Positions 39,589 through 50,487 of a DNA stretch of 64,000 nucleotides are shown in pieces. A program made the position numbers and the translations under genes. Numbering within the stretch: position 1 is the stretch's first letter; the number at the start of each line of letters is the position of its first letter. A model generated the notes under the pieces. The model had not been told where the DNA came from. It searched no databases and was given only the letters and a program-made list of their open reading frames with translations. The stretch is taken from assembly GCA_051251855.1 (NCBI GenBank), contig JBPOGI010000007.1:224001-288000 (forward strand), written 5' to 3'. The stretch is from Roseibacillus sp. (GTDB lineage Bacteria; Verrucomicrobiota; Verrucomicrobiia; Verrucomicrobiales; Akkermansiaceae).

Positions 39589-40101
39589 ATGCCAGATTCC
39601 TACTTAAAGCCCCTCTTCATCTTCAGCCTCCTCTTCCTATTTTCGGTTCAGAGTCAAAGCCAAGAAGCTGAATCCCCCTCCCCTGCGCGAAATACCACGA
39701 CCGGAAAAGATTTCGAAAGACTTGTCAAAGTAAGCCTTGAGAAGAAAGGCTACCAAGTTTCCGAACAAGTCCAAGTGGGCACTCGACCTAACGGGAGCAA
39801 GCACATGATCGACATCGTGGCAAAGAAGGACGATAGCTCCTATCTCATTTCCTTGAAGTGGCAGCAAACTTCGGGCACTGCCGAACAGAAAGTCCCCTAT
39901 GAGCTCATTTGCCTTTCCGAGGCTCTCAAACAGTCGCGGGGAGCACACAAAGCAGCTTACCTAGTTCTCGGAGGCGAAGGCTGGACTCTCAAAAAGTTCT
40001 ACCTTTCCGGGGGCCTCGAGAGACACCTCAGCCTCGACCAACCTGTAAAACTACTCGGCTTAGAAGACTTTCTTCTACTCGCTACAGAGAATAAGCTTTG
40101 A
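39589..40101 (+). CDS. PD-(D/E)XK restriction-endonuclease-like protein with N-terminal signal-peptide-like segment
   Basis: TGKDFERLV..HMIDIVA..LISLKWQQTSGTAEQKVPYE..AYLVLGGEGW; N-terminus LKPLFIFSLLFLFSVQSQS. Confidence 0.7.
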   Translation: MPDSYLKPLFIFSLLFLFSVQSQSQEAESPSPARNTTTGKDFERLVKVSLEKKGYQVSEQVQVGTRPNGSKHMIDIVAKKDDSSYLISLKWQQTSGTAEQKVPYELICLSEALKQSRGAHKAAYLVLGGEGWTLKKFYLSGGLERHLSLDQPVKLLGLEDFLLLATENKL

Positions 40102-40127
40102 GAAAACCGCCCAAATACTCGATCTCC

Positions 40128-41270
40128 TCAACTTCTCTCAAAATCCAGCTCCGAACTCTCCAAAAGAGAAACCCGCTTCTTCATCTTCTTTTGAATAACA
40201 CGAAAGTGATGCTCCTCCTCGGGACTAATGAGCGATATCGCCTCGCCCGCCGCATCCGCGCGCCCCGTTCTTCCGATGCGATGAATGTAGTCTTTGGGCG
40301 AACGAGGTAACTCGTAGTTGATCACATAAGGCAGCCCCTCGATATCCACTCCTCTCGCCAATAGGTCTGTCGCCACCAGAACTCGCAACTGGCCCTCTTT
40401 AAACTGTCGCAGGGTGATCTCGCGCGTCTGTTGACCCATCTTGGAATGAATCGCGCCCGCCCGAATCTTGTTCTTACAAAGCTTCAAGACCACTCCATCA
40501 ACTCGGCGCACCGACGAGGCAAAGACGAGAACTTGCTCCATCTTCCTTTCCCGAATGAGATAGCGCAAGAGAGGCCCCTTCCCTTCCTCTGGCACCGCAT
40601 AAGCACTTTCCTTGATGAGAACCGGTTCGCTTTCGTCAGCATCAATTTTCACCGTGGTTGGTTCGTTGAGAAGAACCTGCTGCACAGCGCCCAAATCCTC
40701 GCTCAGTGTTGCCGAGAACAGAAGGTTCTGCCGCTTAAGAGGCAACAAAGCCAAAACCCGATTCATCTCTTCCCGAAAGCCCAAGTTGAGCATCTTGTCG
40801 GCCTCATCCAGCACAAGGGTCGAGACCGAAGAAAGCTGCACCGCATTCTTGCTCACCAAGTCGAGAAGACGCCCTGGTGTCGCCACCAGAATATCCACCT
40901 TCGCCAACGTCTTCATTTGGGTATTGATGGACACCCCACCGTAGACCGCCAAACACCGCACCCGCTCAGGCAGCGCAGGCAGGAAGGTCTCAAACACTTC
41001 ATGAACTTGATTCGCCAACTCCCTTGTCGGTACTAAAACGAGAATACTGGGCTCCCGGTGACTCGACAGTGGAAGTGACGACAGCTTCTGCAAAATCGGC
41101 AAAACATAACTCGCCGTCTTCCCTGACCCTGTCTTCGCTATTCCTAGCACATCCTTCCCCTCCAACATGGCCGGAATCGCCCCCGCCTGAATCGGCGTCG
41201 GTTCAAGCAATCCAGCCTTCTCCACAAGTTCGAGAAGAGGAGTCGCCAAACCGAAGGAAGAGAAAGACAT
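40128..41270 (-). CDS. DEAD-box RNA helicase
   Basis: AKTGSGKT, PTRELA, TPGRLLD, DEAD, SAT, ARGVD, HRIGRTGRA; start at MSFSSFGL. Confidence 0.95.
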   Translation of the reverse strand: MSFSSFGLATPLLELVEKAGLLEPTPIQAGAIPAMLEGKDVLGIAKTGSGKTASYVLPILQKLSSLPLSSHREPSILVLVPTRELANQVHEVFETFLPALPERVRCLAVYGGVSINTQMKTLAKVDILVATPGRLLDLVSKNAVQLSSVSTLVLDEADKMLNLGFREEMNRVLALLPLKRQNLLFSATLSEDLGAVQQVLLNEPTTVKIDADESEPVLIKESAYAVPEEGKGPLLRYLIRERKMEQVLVFASSVRRVDGVVLKLCKNKIRAGAIHSKMGQQTREITLRQFKEGQLRVLVATDLLARGVDIEGLPYVINYELPRSPKDYIHRIGRTGRADAAGEAISLISPEEEHHFRVIQKKMKKRVSLLESSELDFERS

Positions 41271-41329
41271 CAAAACAGCTTTGCGGGAGAAACCTTCAAA
41301 AAGCAAGGCAAGCACTTCAATCATCCCAA

Positions 41330-41399
41330 AAAATGGAGCAGGGACATTCCTGTCCCTGATTTTTCCTATTCAAGGACAGGAATGTCCTTGCTCCATTTT
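41330..41399. repeat. REP/REPIN-like inverted pair of palindromes
   Basis: AAAATGGAGCAGGGACATTCCTGTCCCTGA ... TCAAGGACAGGAATGTCCTTGCTCCATTTT; each arm is itself a hairpin (CAGGGACA-TTCC-TGTCCCTG; CAAGGACA-GGAA-TGTCCTTG). Confidence 0.75.
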
Positions 41400-41441
41400 C
41401 TATCGTGCAGCCTCAAACCAATGCCGCTATAACCCCAAGAA

Positions 41442-42956
41442 GTGATTCGACGTTTTTTCAACAAAGCCATCTGGCTCTTCGTTCACAAGATCCCTTGGAA
41501 GCCCATTCTCATCTGGGGGCCCTGGATTGTTCTTTTGGTTATAGTTTTCTTCTACAGCTTCGAGAACTGGAGGGGAAATAGAGCGGTTGGGACCGCTCGT
41601 CTCAAGGCTGCAGATGCGGGTCTCTCCCTTGAAATTAAAGACCACCTTCCCCTTAGAGATCCGAAAATACCGAACCCATCGGATCTGCCTGGTTTTGATG
41701 GCAGAAAAACGCCCTCCATCAAGCGGATGATCTACGACAAGAGGCTTGGTTTTGATACGACCCCAAAGGGCAAGGAAGCCACCCGATCTACTGGTCGTTG
41801 GAAGGCCGAACGGAGAGATATTCGTAAATGGCTCGATCCATCTTTGGCTGTCGCTACTTTTGAAGAAGCAGCAATCGAGTTGGACCGTCTTGCTCCGGAA
41901 TTTGATATTCTTCGTGAACTCGTTGCTCAAAAAGGCGCCCACCCACTTATCTTTAATCCAAAAAGCTCTAATCCCACTTTTCAAGACATCTCAGCAGTCT
42001 CCTATATGCCGGCTTTGACCCTGACTGAAGCGCTACGTGACGACACCACGATTGCCCTCTCCGTCGGTGATCAGCAACGGGCATTCGAAAACCTTTCTCT
42101 GATGTTGGATATCTTAAATTTCGAGAGTTACCCCAATCTCGTGTCCTTTTTAATTAGGTGCACCATTGCGATATCCTGCGAAGAGGCGATTTGGGAAGCC
42201 GCAGCCTCCAGTCCATTGTTGTCTGATGAACAACTTACTTTACTTGCAATGAAGCTGGATAAGCTTGCATGGGAAGATGAATTACAAGCTGCCCTCGACG
42301 GCGAACTCTCTTATATCCTAGCCTATTGCGAGGAATCTAAAATGGACAAGGAGTTCCTTATTGAAGCTCTTTCATGGTCAAATCTGCGCCTCTTTTCCCA
42401 TCTTGAGACCGGCTGGTATCCTTTCGACGATGCCATGCTAGTCATCGACGAAACCCTATTCAGGATGATGCCTAGCGGCTGGATTGACCAAGCAGAAGCA
42501 AACTTTATTTTACGATCGCTCTCTCTCCGCAACGAAAGTGCTAAGAGTCCGAAAGTAAATCTTCACTTTCCTGCTAGGCTCTACACTGATGAGGCCATGT
42601 CACTCTTCCGCGAAGTGAGAGAGAAAAGTAAAACTGCGGTCGCACGAACTAGACTGGCTAGAATTGGAGTCGAACTGGAACGGGTAAAACAAAAGGAGGG
42701 CCAGTATCCGGATAGTTTGGACCAATTCTCTCACATCAACACCAAGGACCCTTTCAGCAACAAGCCCGTTCACTACCGGTTAAAGCACGATAGAACTCCA
42801 CTCCTCTGGTCTGTCGGATTGAACAAAATCGACGAGGACGGTCTCCCTGGAAGGAAAAGAAACGAGGGAGATATTGTGTGGATGCTCTCTCCCACCCCAG
42901 ATCTCACCAAAGCTGACTTACGAAAGAAACTACACAAACATCGTCTCTCCCCCTAA
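41442..42956 (+). CDS. Hypothetical membrane-anchored protein with GspG-like C-terminal motif
   Basis: N-terminal TM (ILIWGPWIVLLVIVFFYSF); C-terminal GQYPDSL..KDPFSNKP..Y..LWSVG.N..DEDG. Confidence 0.75.
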   Translation: MIRRFFNKAIWLFVHKIPWKPILIWGPWIVLLVIVFFYSFENWRGNRAVGTARLKAADAGLSLEIKDHLPLRDPKIPNPSDLPGFDGRKTPSIKRMIYDKRLGFDTTPKGKEATRSTGRWKAERRDIRKWLDPSLAVATFEEAAIELDRLAPEFDILRELVAQKGAHPLIFNPKSSNPTFQDISAVSYMPALTLTEALRDDTTIALSVGDQQRAFENLSLMLDILNFESYPNLVSFLIRCTIAISCEEAIWEAAASSPLLSDEQLTLLAMKLDKLAWEDELQAALDGELSYILAYCEESKMDKEFLIEALSWSNLRLFSHLETGWYPFDDAMLVIDETLFRMMPSGWIDQAEANFILRSLSLRNESAKSPKVNLHFPARLYTDEAMSLFREVREKSKTAVARTRLARIGVELERVKQKEGQYPDSLDQFSHINTKDPFSNKPVHYRLKHDRTPLLWSVGLNKIDEDGLPGRKRNEGDIVWMLSPTPDLTKADLRKKLHKHRLSP

Positions 42957-43027
42957 GTGGCTATGAGTCTTCAGCGACCTCGAACGACTTCAGTGTAGTG
43001 AGCTCAAAGTTCTTAGCCCTTCCCCAC

Positions 43028-43062
43028 AAAAAAGCCCCAGCCGTTTTCACGACTGGGGCTTT
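43028..43062 (-). terminator. Intrinsic terminator downstream of ppdK (possibly bidirectional)
   Basis: AAAGCCCCAG...CTGGGGCTTT stem; the A-run on + gives a U-tail on the minus strand. Confidence 0.8.
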
Positions 43063-43083
43063 GAAATTATTAGAAGTCAGCCT

Positions 43084-45909
43084 TTAGCTCACTTCACCAC
43101 GGGCCATTCCTTTTTCCTCGAGAGCAGCCTGCGCAGCAGCGAGGCGGGCAACGGGGATACGGAACGGTGAGCAAGACACGTAGTTGAGTCCGGTGCGGTG
43201 GAAGAATTTCACCGAATCAGGATCACCGCCGTGCTCGCCGCAGATACCAATCTTCAGCTTAGGCTTGGCAGCTCGGCCGCCTTCAACGCCCATTTCAACC
43301 AGCTTGCCAACACCCTCTTGGTCGAGACCAGCGAAGGGGTTGTTGCTGAGAACTTCGGCGTCCTGGTAAGCAGGAAGGAAGCTCGAGGAGTCATCACGGG
43401 AAAGACCGAGGCCAGTCTGGGTGAGGTCGTTGGTTCCGAAGGAGAAGAACTCAGCGTGCTCAGCCACTTTTTCAGCGGTGAGACATGCGCGAGGAATTTC
43501 CATCATGGTTCCCACAGTATACTTCAATTGGCTCTTCTTGAGACCGAGGCTCTTGCGAACGCTGTCGGCTGTCTCGTCGATGACCTGCTTCTGAATCTCA
43601 AGCTCGCGAGCATAGGAGACGAGAGGGACCATAATCTCAGGGAGAACCTTGGTGCCTTTCTTCTGCACTTCCGCAGCAGCCTCGAGGATAGCCTCAACCT
43701 GCATTGCTGTAATCGCTGGGTAGCTGATTCCGAGACGACAACCACGGTGCCCAAGCATGGGGTTCTCTTCGTGAAGAGCGTGGATACGCTTGGTGATGTC
43801 CGGAGCGCTCATGCCAATCTTCTTGGAAAGGTCCTTCTTCTGAGCAGCATCCATGGTGCCGATGAACTCGTGAAGAGGTGGATCCAGCAGACGGATGGTC
43901 GCAGGGCGACCGTCCAGTGCCTTGAAAATTCCAATGAAGTCTTTCTTCATGAAGACCTTGATTTTCTTAAGCGCTTTCGCGCGGCCTGCGTCGTCGTCAG
44001 CAAGAATCATCTCACGGACAGAATCGATACGATTGCCTTCAAAGAACATGTGCTCAGCACGAGTCAATCCGATGCCTTCCGCACCGAACTTGATGGCCTG
44101 CTCCACCTGCTCGGGAGTATCCGAGTTGGTGCGCACTCCGAGTTTACGGTGCTTGTCTGTCCAAGTCATCAATTCCATGAACTTGGTGTAAGTGGCAGAC
44201 TTCTTCGCGGCCGCCTTGTTCTCGATGAGACCTTGGATGACCTGAGAAGGAGAAGACTTAATGCCGCCTTTGTAGACGTTACCAACGAAGCCATTGAGAG
44301 AAAGCTCGTCGCCTTCCTTCAAAGTGACGCCAGCACCAGTGAGAGTCTTCTTCTTGTAATCGATCGTCATGCTGTGTGCACCGCAGACGCAAACCTTACC
44401 CATCTGACGGGCAACGAGAGCAGCGTGTGAGGAAGCACCACCTTCGGTAGTGAGAATTCCCTCAGCGGCAATCATTCCGCGAAGATCCTCGGGAGAGGTC
44501 GCTTGGCGAACGAGGATGACGGACTCACCGCGAGCAGCCGCTTCCACGGACTCTTCAGCAGTGAAGTAGATCTTACCTGCAGCGGCACCAGGACCAGCAG
44601 GAAGACCGGAGCCCACCTTTTTGGCAGCCTTCTCAGCTGCGGAGTCGAAGATAGGAGCGAGAAGATGGCTCAAGTCGTCAGCAGGAATACGAAGAATCGC
44701 CTCTTCTTTGCTGATGAGCTTTTCCTTCACCATATCAAGAGCGATATTCACCGCTGCGAAACCAGTGCGCTTTCCGTTACGAGTCTGAAGCATCCATAGT
44801 TTGCCTTGCTCGACGGTGAACTCAACATCCTGAACATCGCGGAAATGCTTCTCAAGCTTTGTGCGAATCGCAAGAAGCTCTTTAGCAGGCTTGGGCAGGT
44901 CCTTAGACATCTTGGCGATAGGCTTAGGGGTACGAACACCAGCGACGACGTCCTCACCCTGAGCATCGATGAGATACTCACCGTAGAAAACGTTTTCGCC
45001 GGTTGCGGGGTCACGTGTGAATGCAACACCGGTTCCAGAAGTCTTACCGGTGTTACCGAAGACCATGGCCTGAACGTTCACAGCAGTTCCCCACGCAGCA
45101 GGAATACCATACTTCTGACGGTAAACGATCGCGCGGTCGTTGTTCCAGGAGTTGAAGACCGCGTTCACAGCACCCTTGAGTTGGGCGCGAGGGTCTTCAG
45201 GGAAATCCTTACCTGAGCGCTTCTTGATGAGCTTCTTGAATTCAGCCACCACCCAACGGAGATCTTTTTCGGAGAGACCCGAGTCGTCCTTCACCTTGGC
45301 CTTGGCCTTGGCTTTATCGAGAATGACTTCGTAGGGGTCGTGGTGCTCGCCGGCTTCGGCTTCCACTTCCATGACAACAGAACCATACATCTGGAGGAAA
45401 CGACGGTAAGAGTCCCAAGCGAACTTAGGGTTACCGGTCTTCGCAGAAAGAGCTTCGACGACTTCGTCGTTGATGCCGAGGTTAAGGATGGTGTCCATCA
45501 TTCCGGGCATCGACTCGCGAGCACCAGAGCGGACAGAGAGAAGAAGAGGATTGTCGAGGTCACCGAACTTTTTGCCCATGACCTTTTCGACCTTGGCGAT
45601 GTTCTCTTCGATTTGTCCGTCGAGAGTCTTGGGATACTTCTTACCATTATCGTAGTAGTAAGTGCAGACCTCAGTTGAGATCGTAAAGCCCGCAGGAACA
45701 GGAACTCCGATATTGCTCATCTCAGCAAGGTTCGCACCTTTTCCGCCGAGGAGAGCTTTCATGGTTCCGTCTCCGTCGGCTTGGCCGTCACCCCAGACGT
45801 AAACGTATTTTCCTTTTTGAGCTTTGGCCGCAGAAGTCTTCTTTGCTGCGGATTTTCTGACTGACTTTTTAGCGGCCTTTTTGGCTGCTTTCTTTTTTAC
45901 GGTTGCCAT
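43084..45909 (-). CDS. ppdK: Pyruvate, phosphate dikinase
   Basis: [43 protein letters not shown] phospho-His, [19 protein letters not shown]. Confidence 0.98.
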   Translation of the reverse strand: MATVKKKAAKKAAKKSVRKSAAKKTSAAKAQKGKYVYVWGDGQADGDGTMKALLGGKGANLAEMSNIGVPVPAGFTISTEVCTYYYDNGKKYPKTLDGQIEENIAKVEKVMGKKFGDLDNPLLLSVRSGARESMPGMMDTILNLGINDEVVEALSAKTGNPKFAWDSYRRFLQMYGSVVMEVEAEAGEHHDPYEVILDKAKAKAKVKDDSGLSEKDLRWVVAEFKKLIKKRSGKDFPEDPRAQLKGAVNAVFNSWNNDRAIVYRQKYGIPAAWGTAVNVQAMVFGNTGKTSGTGVAFTRDPATGENVFYGEYLIDAQGEDVVAGVRTPKPIAKMSKDLPKPAKELLAIRTKLEKHFRDVQDVEFTVEQGKLWMLQTRNGKRTGFAAVNIALDMVKEKLISKEEAILRIPADDLSHLLAPIFDSAAEKAAKKVGSGLPAGPGAAAGKIYFTAEESVEAAARGESVILVRQATSPEDLRGMIAAEGILTTEGGASSHAALVARQMGKVCVCGAHSMTIDYKKKTLTGAGVTLKEGDELSLNGFVGNVYKGGIKSSPSQVIQGLIENKAAAKKSATYTKFMELMTWTDKHRKLGVRTNSDTPEQVEQAIKFGAEGIGLTRAEHMFFEGNRIDSVREMILADDDAGRAKALKKIKVFMKKDFIGIFKALDGRPATIRLLDPPLHEFIGTMDAAQKKDLSKKIGMSAPDITKRIHALHEENPMLGHRGCRLGISYPAITAMQVEAILEAAAEVQKKGTKVLPEIMVPLVSYARELEIQKQVIDETADSVRKSLGLKKSQLKYTVGTMMEIPRACLTAEKVAEHAEFFSFGTNDLTQTGLGLSRDDSSSFLPAYQDAEVLSNNPFAGLDQEGVGKLVEMGVEGGRAAKPKLKIGICGEHGGDPDSVKFFHRTGLNYVSCSPFRIPVARLAAAQAALEEKGMARGEVS

Positions 45910-46124
45910 CTGGTTCGTAAGTGGTTTTCACATGTTGGGTTCGGTAGAAGGATTCTTCCGAGCCGCAAGGGCGCGCAGCTTACCAGCGAACCTTGCGCTG
46001 TCAATGCGCCAATCCCCCATGCTACGGGGATTTCGCGGCATCAGAATGGAGCCAACTTTCCATGTCGTAGATGCGCCCCTCCCCTCTTGTCGGGTGAGGC
46101 TGCAAGCTGCTATCAATCTTGCAG

Positions 46125-47213
46125 ATGAACAACTGGTTTTACGCGCACAACGGCGAGCAAAGGGGACCCGTCTCCCAAGAGGAGCTTACAAGCCTCGCCG
46201 CGAGCGGTCAATTCACTCCTGCCAAGGACCTCGTGTGGCGCGAAGGAATGAGCGATTGGAAGAAAGTCTCGGAGGTTCCCGAGCTGAACTTAAGCCCGCC
46301 TTCAACCTCTACCAAACCAGCAGAATCGGCCCTTGCCCACAGCGAAGCCTCCACAAATGACCCTTACAAATCGCCTGCAGCGAGTTCTTATATTTCCGAA
46401 ACCACCGGAGACGATGACCTACCAGAAATCGAACCTGGCAGCACCTCCCTTGGAATCACGGAATGTATCGCAAGAGCCTTCGAGCTCACCAAACGCTACT
46501 TCGGAATCGTGCTCGCAGTGTGGGCAATCTACCTCGGGATCGCTTTTGGAATTAGCGTCATTTTTAGTGTGATTAACACCGCGATCATGGCTGTCGCAAG
46601 CACTACCCAAGGACCCAGTGATTCACCTCCCATTGCCTACTATGTCGTCCAAGTGATTTCTCAGGTGATTTCCCAATTACTGTCAGTATTCTTCACTCTC
46701 GGCCTCGCCCGCTTCGGTCTCAACCTCATCTCAGGAAAGCCCGCGGGAGTGGGTCTCATCTTCAGTCAAACCTCCAAGTTATTGGCAGGATTTCTCGGGT
46801 CGCTTCTCATTGCGATCATTGTCTACTTCGTCCCCGCTCTCCTTGCCCTCGCCGCCTACCTGATTGCAGATGATATCCCTATAACGATTCTGGCAGGGGT
46901 CGTTGGACTGATTCCTGCAAGCTACTTTGGGATGAAATACAGCCAGTTTTTCAACGTCATGGTCGATCGTGATTCAGGAATTTTTGAGTCCCTTCGTCAC
47001 AGCGCAGCCCTCACCCAGAATAATAAATGGGCTCTCCTTGGACTTTATATTCTCATTATCCTCATCTCGATCGCAGGCGTTCTCGCCTTCTGTGTCGGCA
47101 TCATTTTCACCGTCCCTATGACTTGGCTCGCTAGCCTTTTGGTCTATCGGTGGCTCAAGCATGGCCCTGCTGGGATGCAAGACCGTGGCCTACTCCGAGT
47201 ATATGGAGCGTGA
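46125..47213 (+). CDS. GYF_2 (DUF4339) domain multi-pass membrane protein
   Basis: WFYAHNGEQRGPV..LVWREGMSDW N-terminus followed by several TM helices. Confidence 0.85.
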   Translation: MNNWFYAHNGEQRGPVSQEELTSLAASGQFTPAKDLVWREGMSDWKKVSEVPELNLSPPSTSTKPAESALAHSEASTNDPYKSPAASSYISETTGDDDLPEIEPGSTSLGITECIARAFELTKRYFGIVLAVWAIYLGIAFGISVIFSVINTAIMAVASTTQGPSDSPPIAYYVVQVISQVISQLLSVFFTLGLARFGLNLISGKPAGVGLIFSQTSKLLAGFLGSLLIAIIVYFVPALLALAAYLIADDIPITILAGVVGLIPASYFGMKYSQFFNVMVDRDSGIFESLRHSAALTQNNKWALLGLYILIILISIAGVLAFCVGIIFTVPMTWLASLLVYRWLKHGPAGMQDRGLLRVYGA

Positions 47214-48775
47214 AGTTTCTCCTCGTCCTCCTGTCAACCATCACTCTTCGAGCTGAATCTCAGCCCAACATCCTCTTCCTCTTCGCGGACGATCTAGGGC
47301 GCTATGCTTCCGCCTACTCAGACCCGAAGAGCCCTTCGCCCAACGACATCGTCTCCACCCCCATTTTTGATCAAGTGGCCAAGGAAGGAATGCTCGCGAC
47401 AAATATGTTCGTCTCAGCTCCTTCCTGCACGCCCTGCAGAGCTTCCCTAGTTTCGGGCCGACACTTTTTCCGCAACGGTTCCTGCGCACAACTTCACCAC
47501 AAGTGGCATGGTCCCGACGAGAAGGACCCTTGGATGCAAGAAGTCACTGGCTATGCAAAAACTCTTCAGGCAGCTGGCTACCACATCGGCTTCAGTCAGA
47601 AAGAACACCTCAAAAACTCTCCTCTCGGCCCTCAATTTCGGAGCGCGGGTAGCAAACAGAATCAATATTCTCAGTTCGTATCTGCAGCTGAAGATCCCAA
47701 GAAAGCCCATCAACAACTTCTCGCTGAGGTTCGTTCTAATTTCCAAGAATTCCTCGCAGCAAGGGATGAAAAGGAGCCATTCCTTTATCACTTTCACCCC
47801 ACAAATCCTCATCGCAAGTGGGTCGCTGGCTCGGGAAAAAAACTCTGGGATCTGGACCCCGATTCTCTCGCTGGAATCATGCCTCCTTTTTTACCTGACG
47901 TTCCTGTGGTGCGTGAAGACCTTGCCGACTACTTAGGAGAAGGCATGGCCTTCGATGCCTATTGCGAAGTCATTTTGGAAGAACTGGAAAAAACAGGAGA
48001 ATCGAAAAACACCATCGTCATCATATCTGGCGACCACGGAGCCCCCGGATTTCCACGAGGCAAAACAAACGTCTACGACTTCGGCGCCCGTGTCCTCTTC
48101 GCCATCCGCTGGCCCGAGAAAATCAAAGCCGCCCAAATTATCGAGACACCCCTTTCCCTCCTCGACATTGCCCCCACCCTTCTCGCTGCGGCGAGGGTCG
48201 AGCCCAAGGATGAACTCGATGGCCAGAATTTACTCCCAGCTCTCGTCGATGGAAAGACAGCAGCGCTCCGAGGCTGGGCCCTCATTGGACGAGAAGCCCA
48301 TGTCGCAGAAGCCCGCATCGGCAACTTCCCCTATCCGACCCGCGCACTACGAACCTCGGACCATCTCTACATCCTCAATCTCAAACCTGAGCGGCATCCC
48401 GGCGGCGACATCTACAGCCTCCTTCATGACAAACCCGCCAAATTCGAAAATCTTGAGAGTAACACCCGTTACACTTATCCCGACATAGACGCCGGACCAA
48501 CCAAAGCTTGGATGGTCGTGAATCGTCACAACCCCGAGTTCACTCGTCATTGGGAGCTTGGCTTCGGAACCCGCCCCGCAGTCGAGCTCTACGACCTCAA
48601 AAGCGATCCACATCAAATCAATAACTTGGCCGGCGAGCCAGCGATGAAGATAATCCTCGAGAAGCTTCACAAAAAGCTCATGGCAGAACTTGAAGCGAAA
48701 GGCGACCCTCGCCTGAATGGAGACCAATTTGACCGCCCTCCCTACAAGAAGGAACTTTCCAACTTTTCCTTGTAA
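47210..48775 (+). CDS. Sulfatase (formylglycine-dependent)
   Basis: GTG start overlapping the upstream TGA; PNILFLFADD, CTPCR, GDHG, ELYDLKSDP. Confidence 0.93.
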   Translation: MKFLLVLLSTITLRAESQPNILFLFADDLGRYASAYSDPKSPSPNDIVSTPIFDQVAKEGMLATNMFVSAPSCTPCRASLVSGRHFFRNGSCAQLHHKWHGPDEKDPWMQEVTGYAKTLQAAGYHIGFSQKEHLKNSPLGPQFRSAGSKQNQYSQFVSAAEDPKKAHQQLLAEVRSNFQEFLAARDEKEPFLYHFHPTNPHRKWVAGSGKKLWDLDPDSLAGIMPPFLPDVPVVREDLADYLGEGMAFDAYCEVILEELEKTGESKNTIVIISGDHGAPGFPRGKTNVYDFGARVLFAIRWPEKIKAAQIIETPLSLLDIAPTLLAAARVEPKDELDGQNLLPALVDGKTAALRGWALIGREAHVAEARIGNFPYPTRALRTSDHLYILNLKPERHPGGDIYSLLHDKPAKFENLESNTRYTYPDIDAGPTKAWMVVNRHNPEFTRHWELGFGTRPAVELYDLKSDPHQINNLAGEPAMKIILEKLHKKLMAELEAKGDPRLNGDQFDRPPYKKELSNFSL

Positions 48776-48854
48776 GCTCCTGCCCGCGAAAAGTAGGAGC
48801 TAGTGAACGAAAAAACTTCGTGCCCTTTCTCCTCCTCCCCCTAAGTCTACTTAC

Positions 48855-49637
48855 GTGAACGCCCTCGAAAAAGCCGCCGCCCTCAAAGCTCGCGTCAATC
48901 AACCCGAGACTCCCATCTCGGCGCTGACTGCCTACGACTACCCCACCGCCCGACTGCTCGACGAGGCTGGTATCGACCTCCTGCTTGTCGGCGACTCTCT
49001 CGGGATGGTGGTGCTGGGATTCCCGGATACCACCCACGTCACAATGGATCACATGCTCCATCACACGGCGGCAGCAGCCCGAGGATGCCAAAACGCCCTT
49101 CTTCTCGGCGACCTTCCTATCCACTCTTACTCCACTCCCAAGGAAGCGGTCATGAATGCGCGCAAACTTGTTCAGGCTGGGGCCGAAGCAGTCAAACTCG
49201 AGGGAGGAATCCGCCAGGCCGAAAAAGTAAAAGCCATTGTCGACTCAGGCATTCCCGTCATTGGGCATCTTGGAATGCTTCCCCAACGAGTGAAAGAAGA
49301 AGGAGGTTACAAAAAGAAGGGTAAGACAGACGAACAAGTCTCTGAACTTTTGAAAGGTGCCCTCGCTCTCCAAGAGGCTGGAATCTGCGCCTTGGTTCTC
49401 GAGTCAGTCATCCCCTCTGCTGCTAGAAAATTATCGGAACAGCTCCAAATTCCTACTATCGGAATCGGTTGCGGAAAAGGGAACACCCACGGCGAAATCG
49501 CAGTCGTGACAGATTTACTCGGCAGCTACCCGTGGTTCGTTCCTCCCTTTGCAACCCCGAGAGCGAGTCATGGAGTTTCGACAACAGAGGCAGCAAAAAG
49601 CTACCGTGATGCGATTGTGCCGCTGACTTTCGAATAG
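48855..49637 (+). CDS. panB: 3-methyl-2-oxobutanoate hydroxymethyltransferase
   Basis: LTAYDYPTA, LLVGDSLGM, AVKLEGG, GHLGMLPQ, PTIGIG. Confidence 0.96.
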   Translation: MNALEKAAALKARVNQPETPISALTAYDYPTARLLDEAGIDLLLVGDSLGMVVLGFPDTTHVTMDHMLHHTAAAARGCQNALLLGDLPIHSYSTPKEAVMNARKLVQAGAEAVKLEGGIRQAEKVKAIVDSGIPVIGHLGMLPQRVKEEGGYKKKGKTDEQVSELLKGALALQEAGICALVLESVIPSAARKLSEQLQIPTIGIGCGKGNTHGEIAVVTDLLGSYPWFVPPFATPRASHGVSTTEAAKSYRDAIVPLTFE

Positions 49638-49650
49638 GTCACCGCAAGGC

Positions 49651-50487
49651 CTACCGCATCCGATCTTTCGCAATGATTTCTTGAATCGCAGCAGCCTCGA
49701 GCATCGAGAACGCGGTGGTGGGAGGACTCAAGAAACCTGAGTTAATATAAGTCAGAACCCCGACCAAGAGGCCGTCGCCATTCACAACGGCTCCACCGCT
49801 CATCCCTCCCCGAGCGACCAAACTGGAGCGATAGACAGAGGCTGGCCGTGAGCCTCGAGCAGCCTTCACTGCAAAAATTGTTCCTGCGGTCTGATAAGGT
49901 CCATTCCCGACCCCATCACTCACGCCCGCCTCACCCGAAACGACCAAGCTCCCGCTGTTGGTTCCCAAGGCGGCGCTGAAAACCTGGCTACCAATCGCAC
50001 TCTGTCCTCCCGCGAGCCGAAAAACCTGACGAGGACTGTAGTCGAACTTGACGATAGCGAGGTCGTTCTTCTCATCCTTCCAAACCGCTCTCCCAAGGTG
50101 CTTATCAACGCGATAGTACTCCTTAGATTCGAAAGCCACCCCTTCTTTCGGAAAAGGTTTCAACTGGACAAAATCAGACAAATGAAACTCACCTTCATCG
50201 ACAACATGCCAAGCAGTTAGAAAGTAGCCATCAGAGGAAATCGGAACAGCTCGCCCCGAAGGCAGCCCCCCCTTTGCCGAAGCAATCAATCCCACCTTAT
50301 CCAAAAAGAACTCCTCGATACTCTGCCCCGCTATCGGTCGCGCTGCTACCCCCTCCATGCTCTGTTTCTGCAAATCACGAATGTGAGGCGCATCGTGATT
50401 CCATTCTTCGAAATTCGTGCAAGCACCCAACATCAATGCACTGCAAAAACAGAGAGTGGGGTTCTTAAAAATGAACGAACGAAGCAT
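49651..50487 (-). CDS. Trypsin-like serine protease, probable lipoprotein
   Basis: LGAC lipobox; catalytic triad motifs LTAWHVV, DLAIVK, GMSGGAVVN. Confidence 0.85.
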   Translation of the reverse strand: MLRSFIFKNPTLCFCSALMLGACTNFEEWNHDAPHIRDLQKQSMEGVAARPIAGQSIEEFFLDKVGLIASAKGGLPSGRAVPISSDGYFLTAWHVVDEGEFHLSDFVQLKPFPKEGVAFESKEYYRVDKHLGRAVWKDEKNDLAIVKFDYSPRQVFRLAGGQSAIGSQVFSAALGTNSGSLVVSGEAGVSDGVGNGPYQTAGTIFAVKAARGSRPASVYRSSLVARGGMSGGAVVNGDGLLVGVLTYINSGFLSPPTTAFSMLEAAAIQEIIAKDRMR

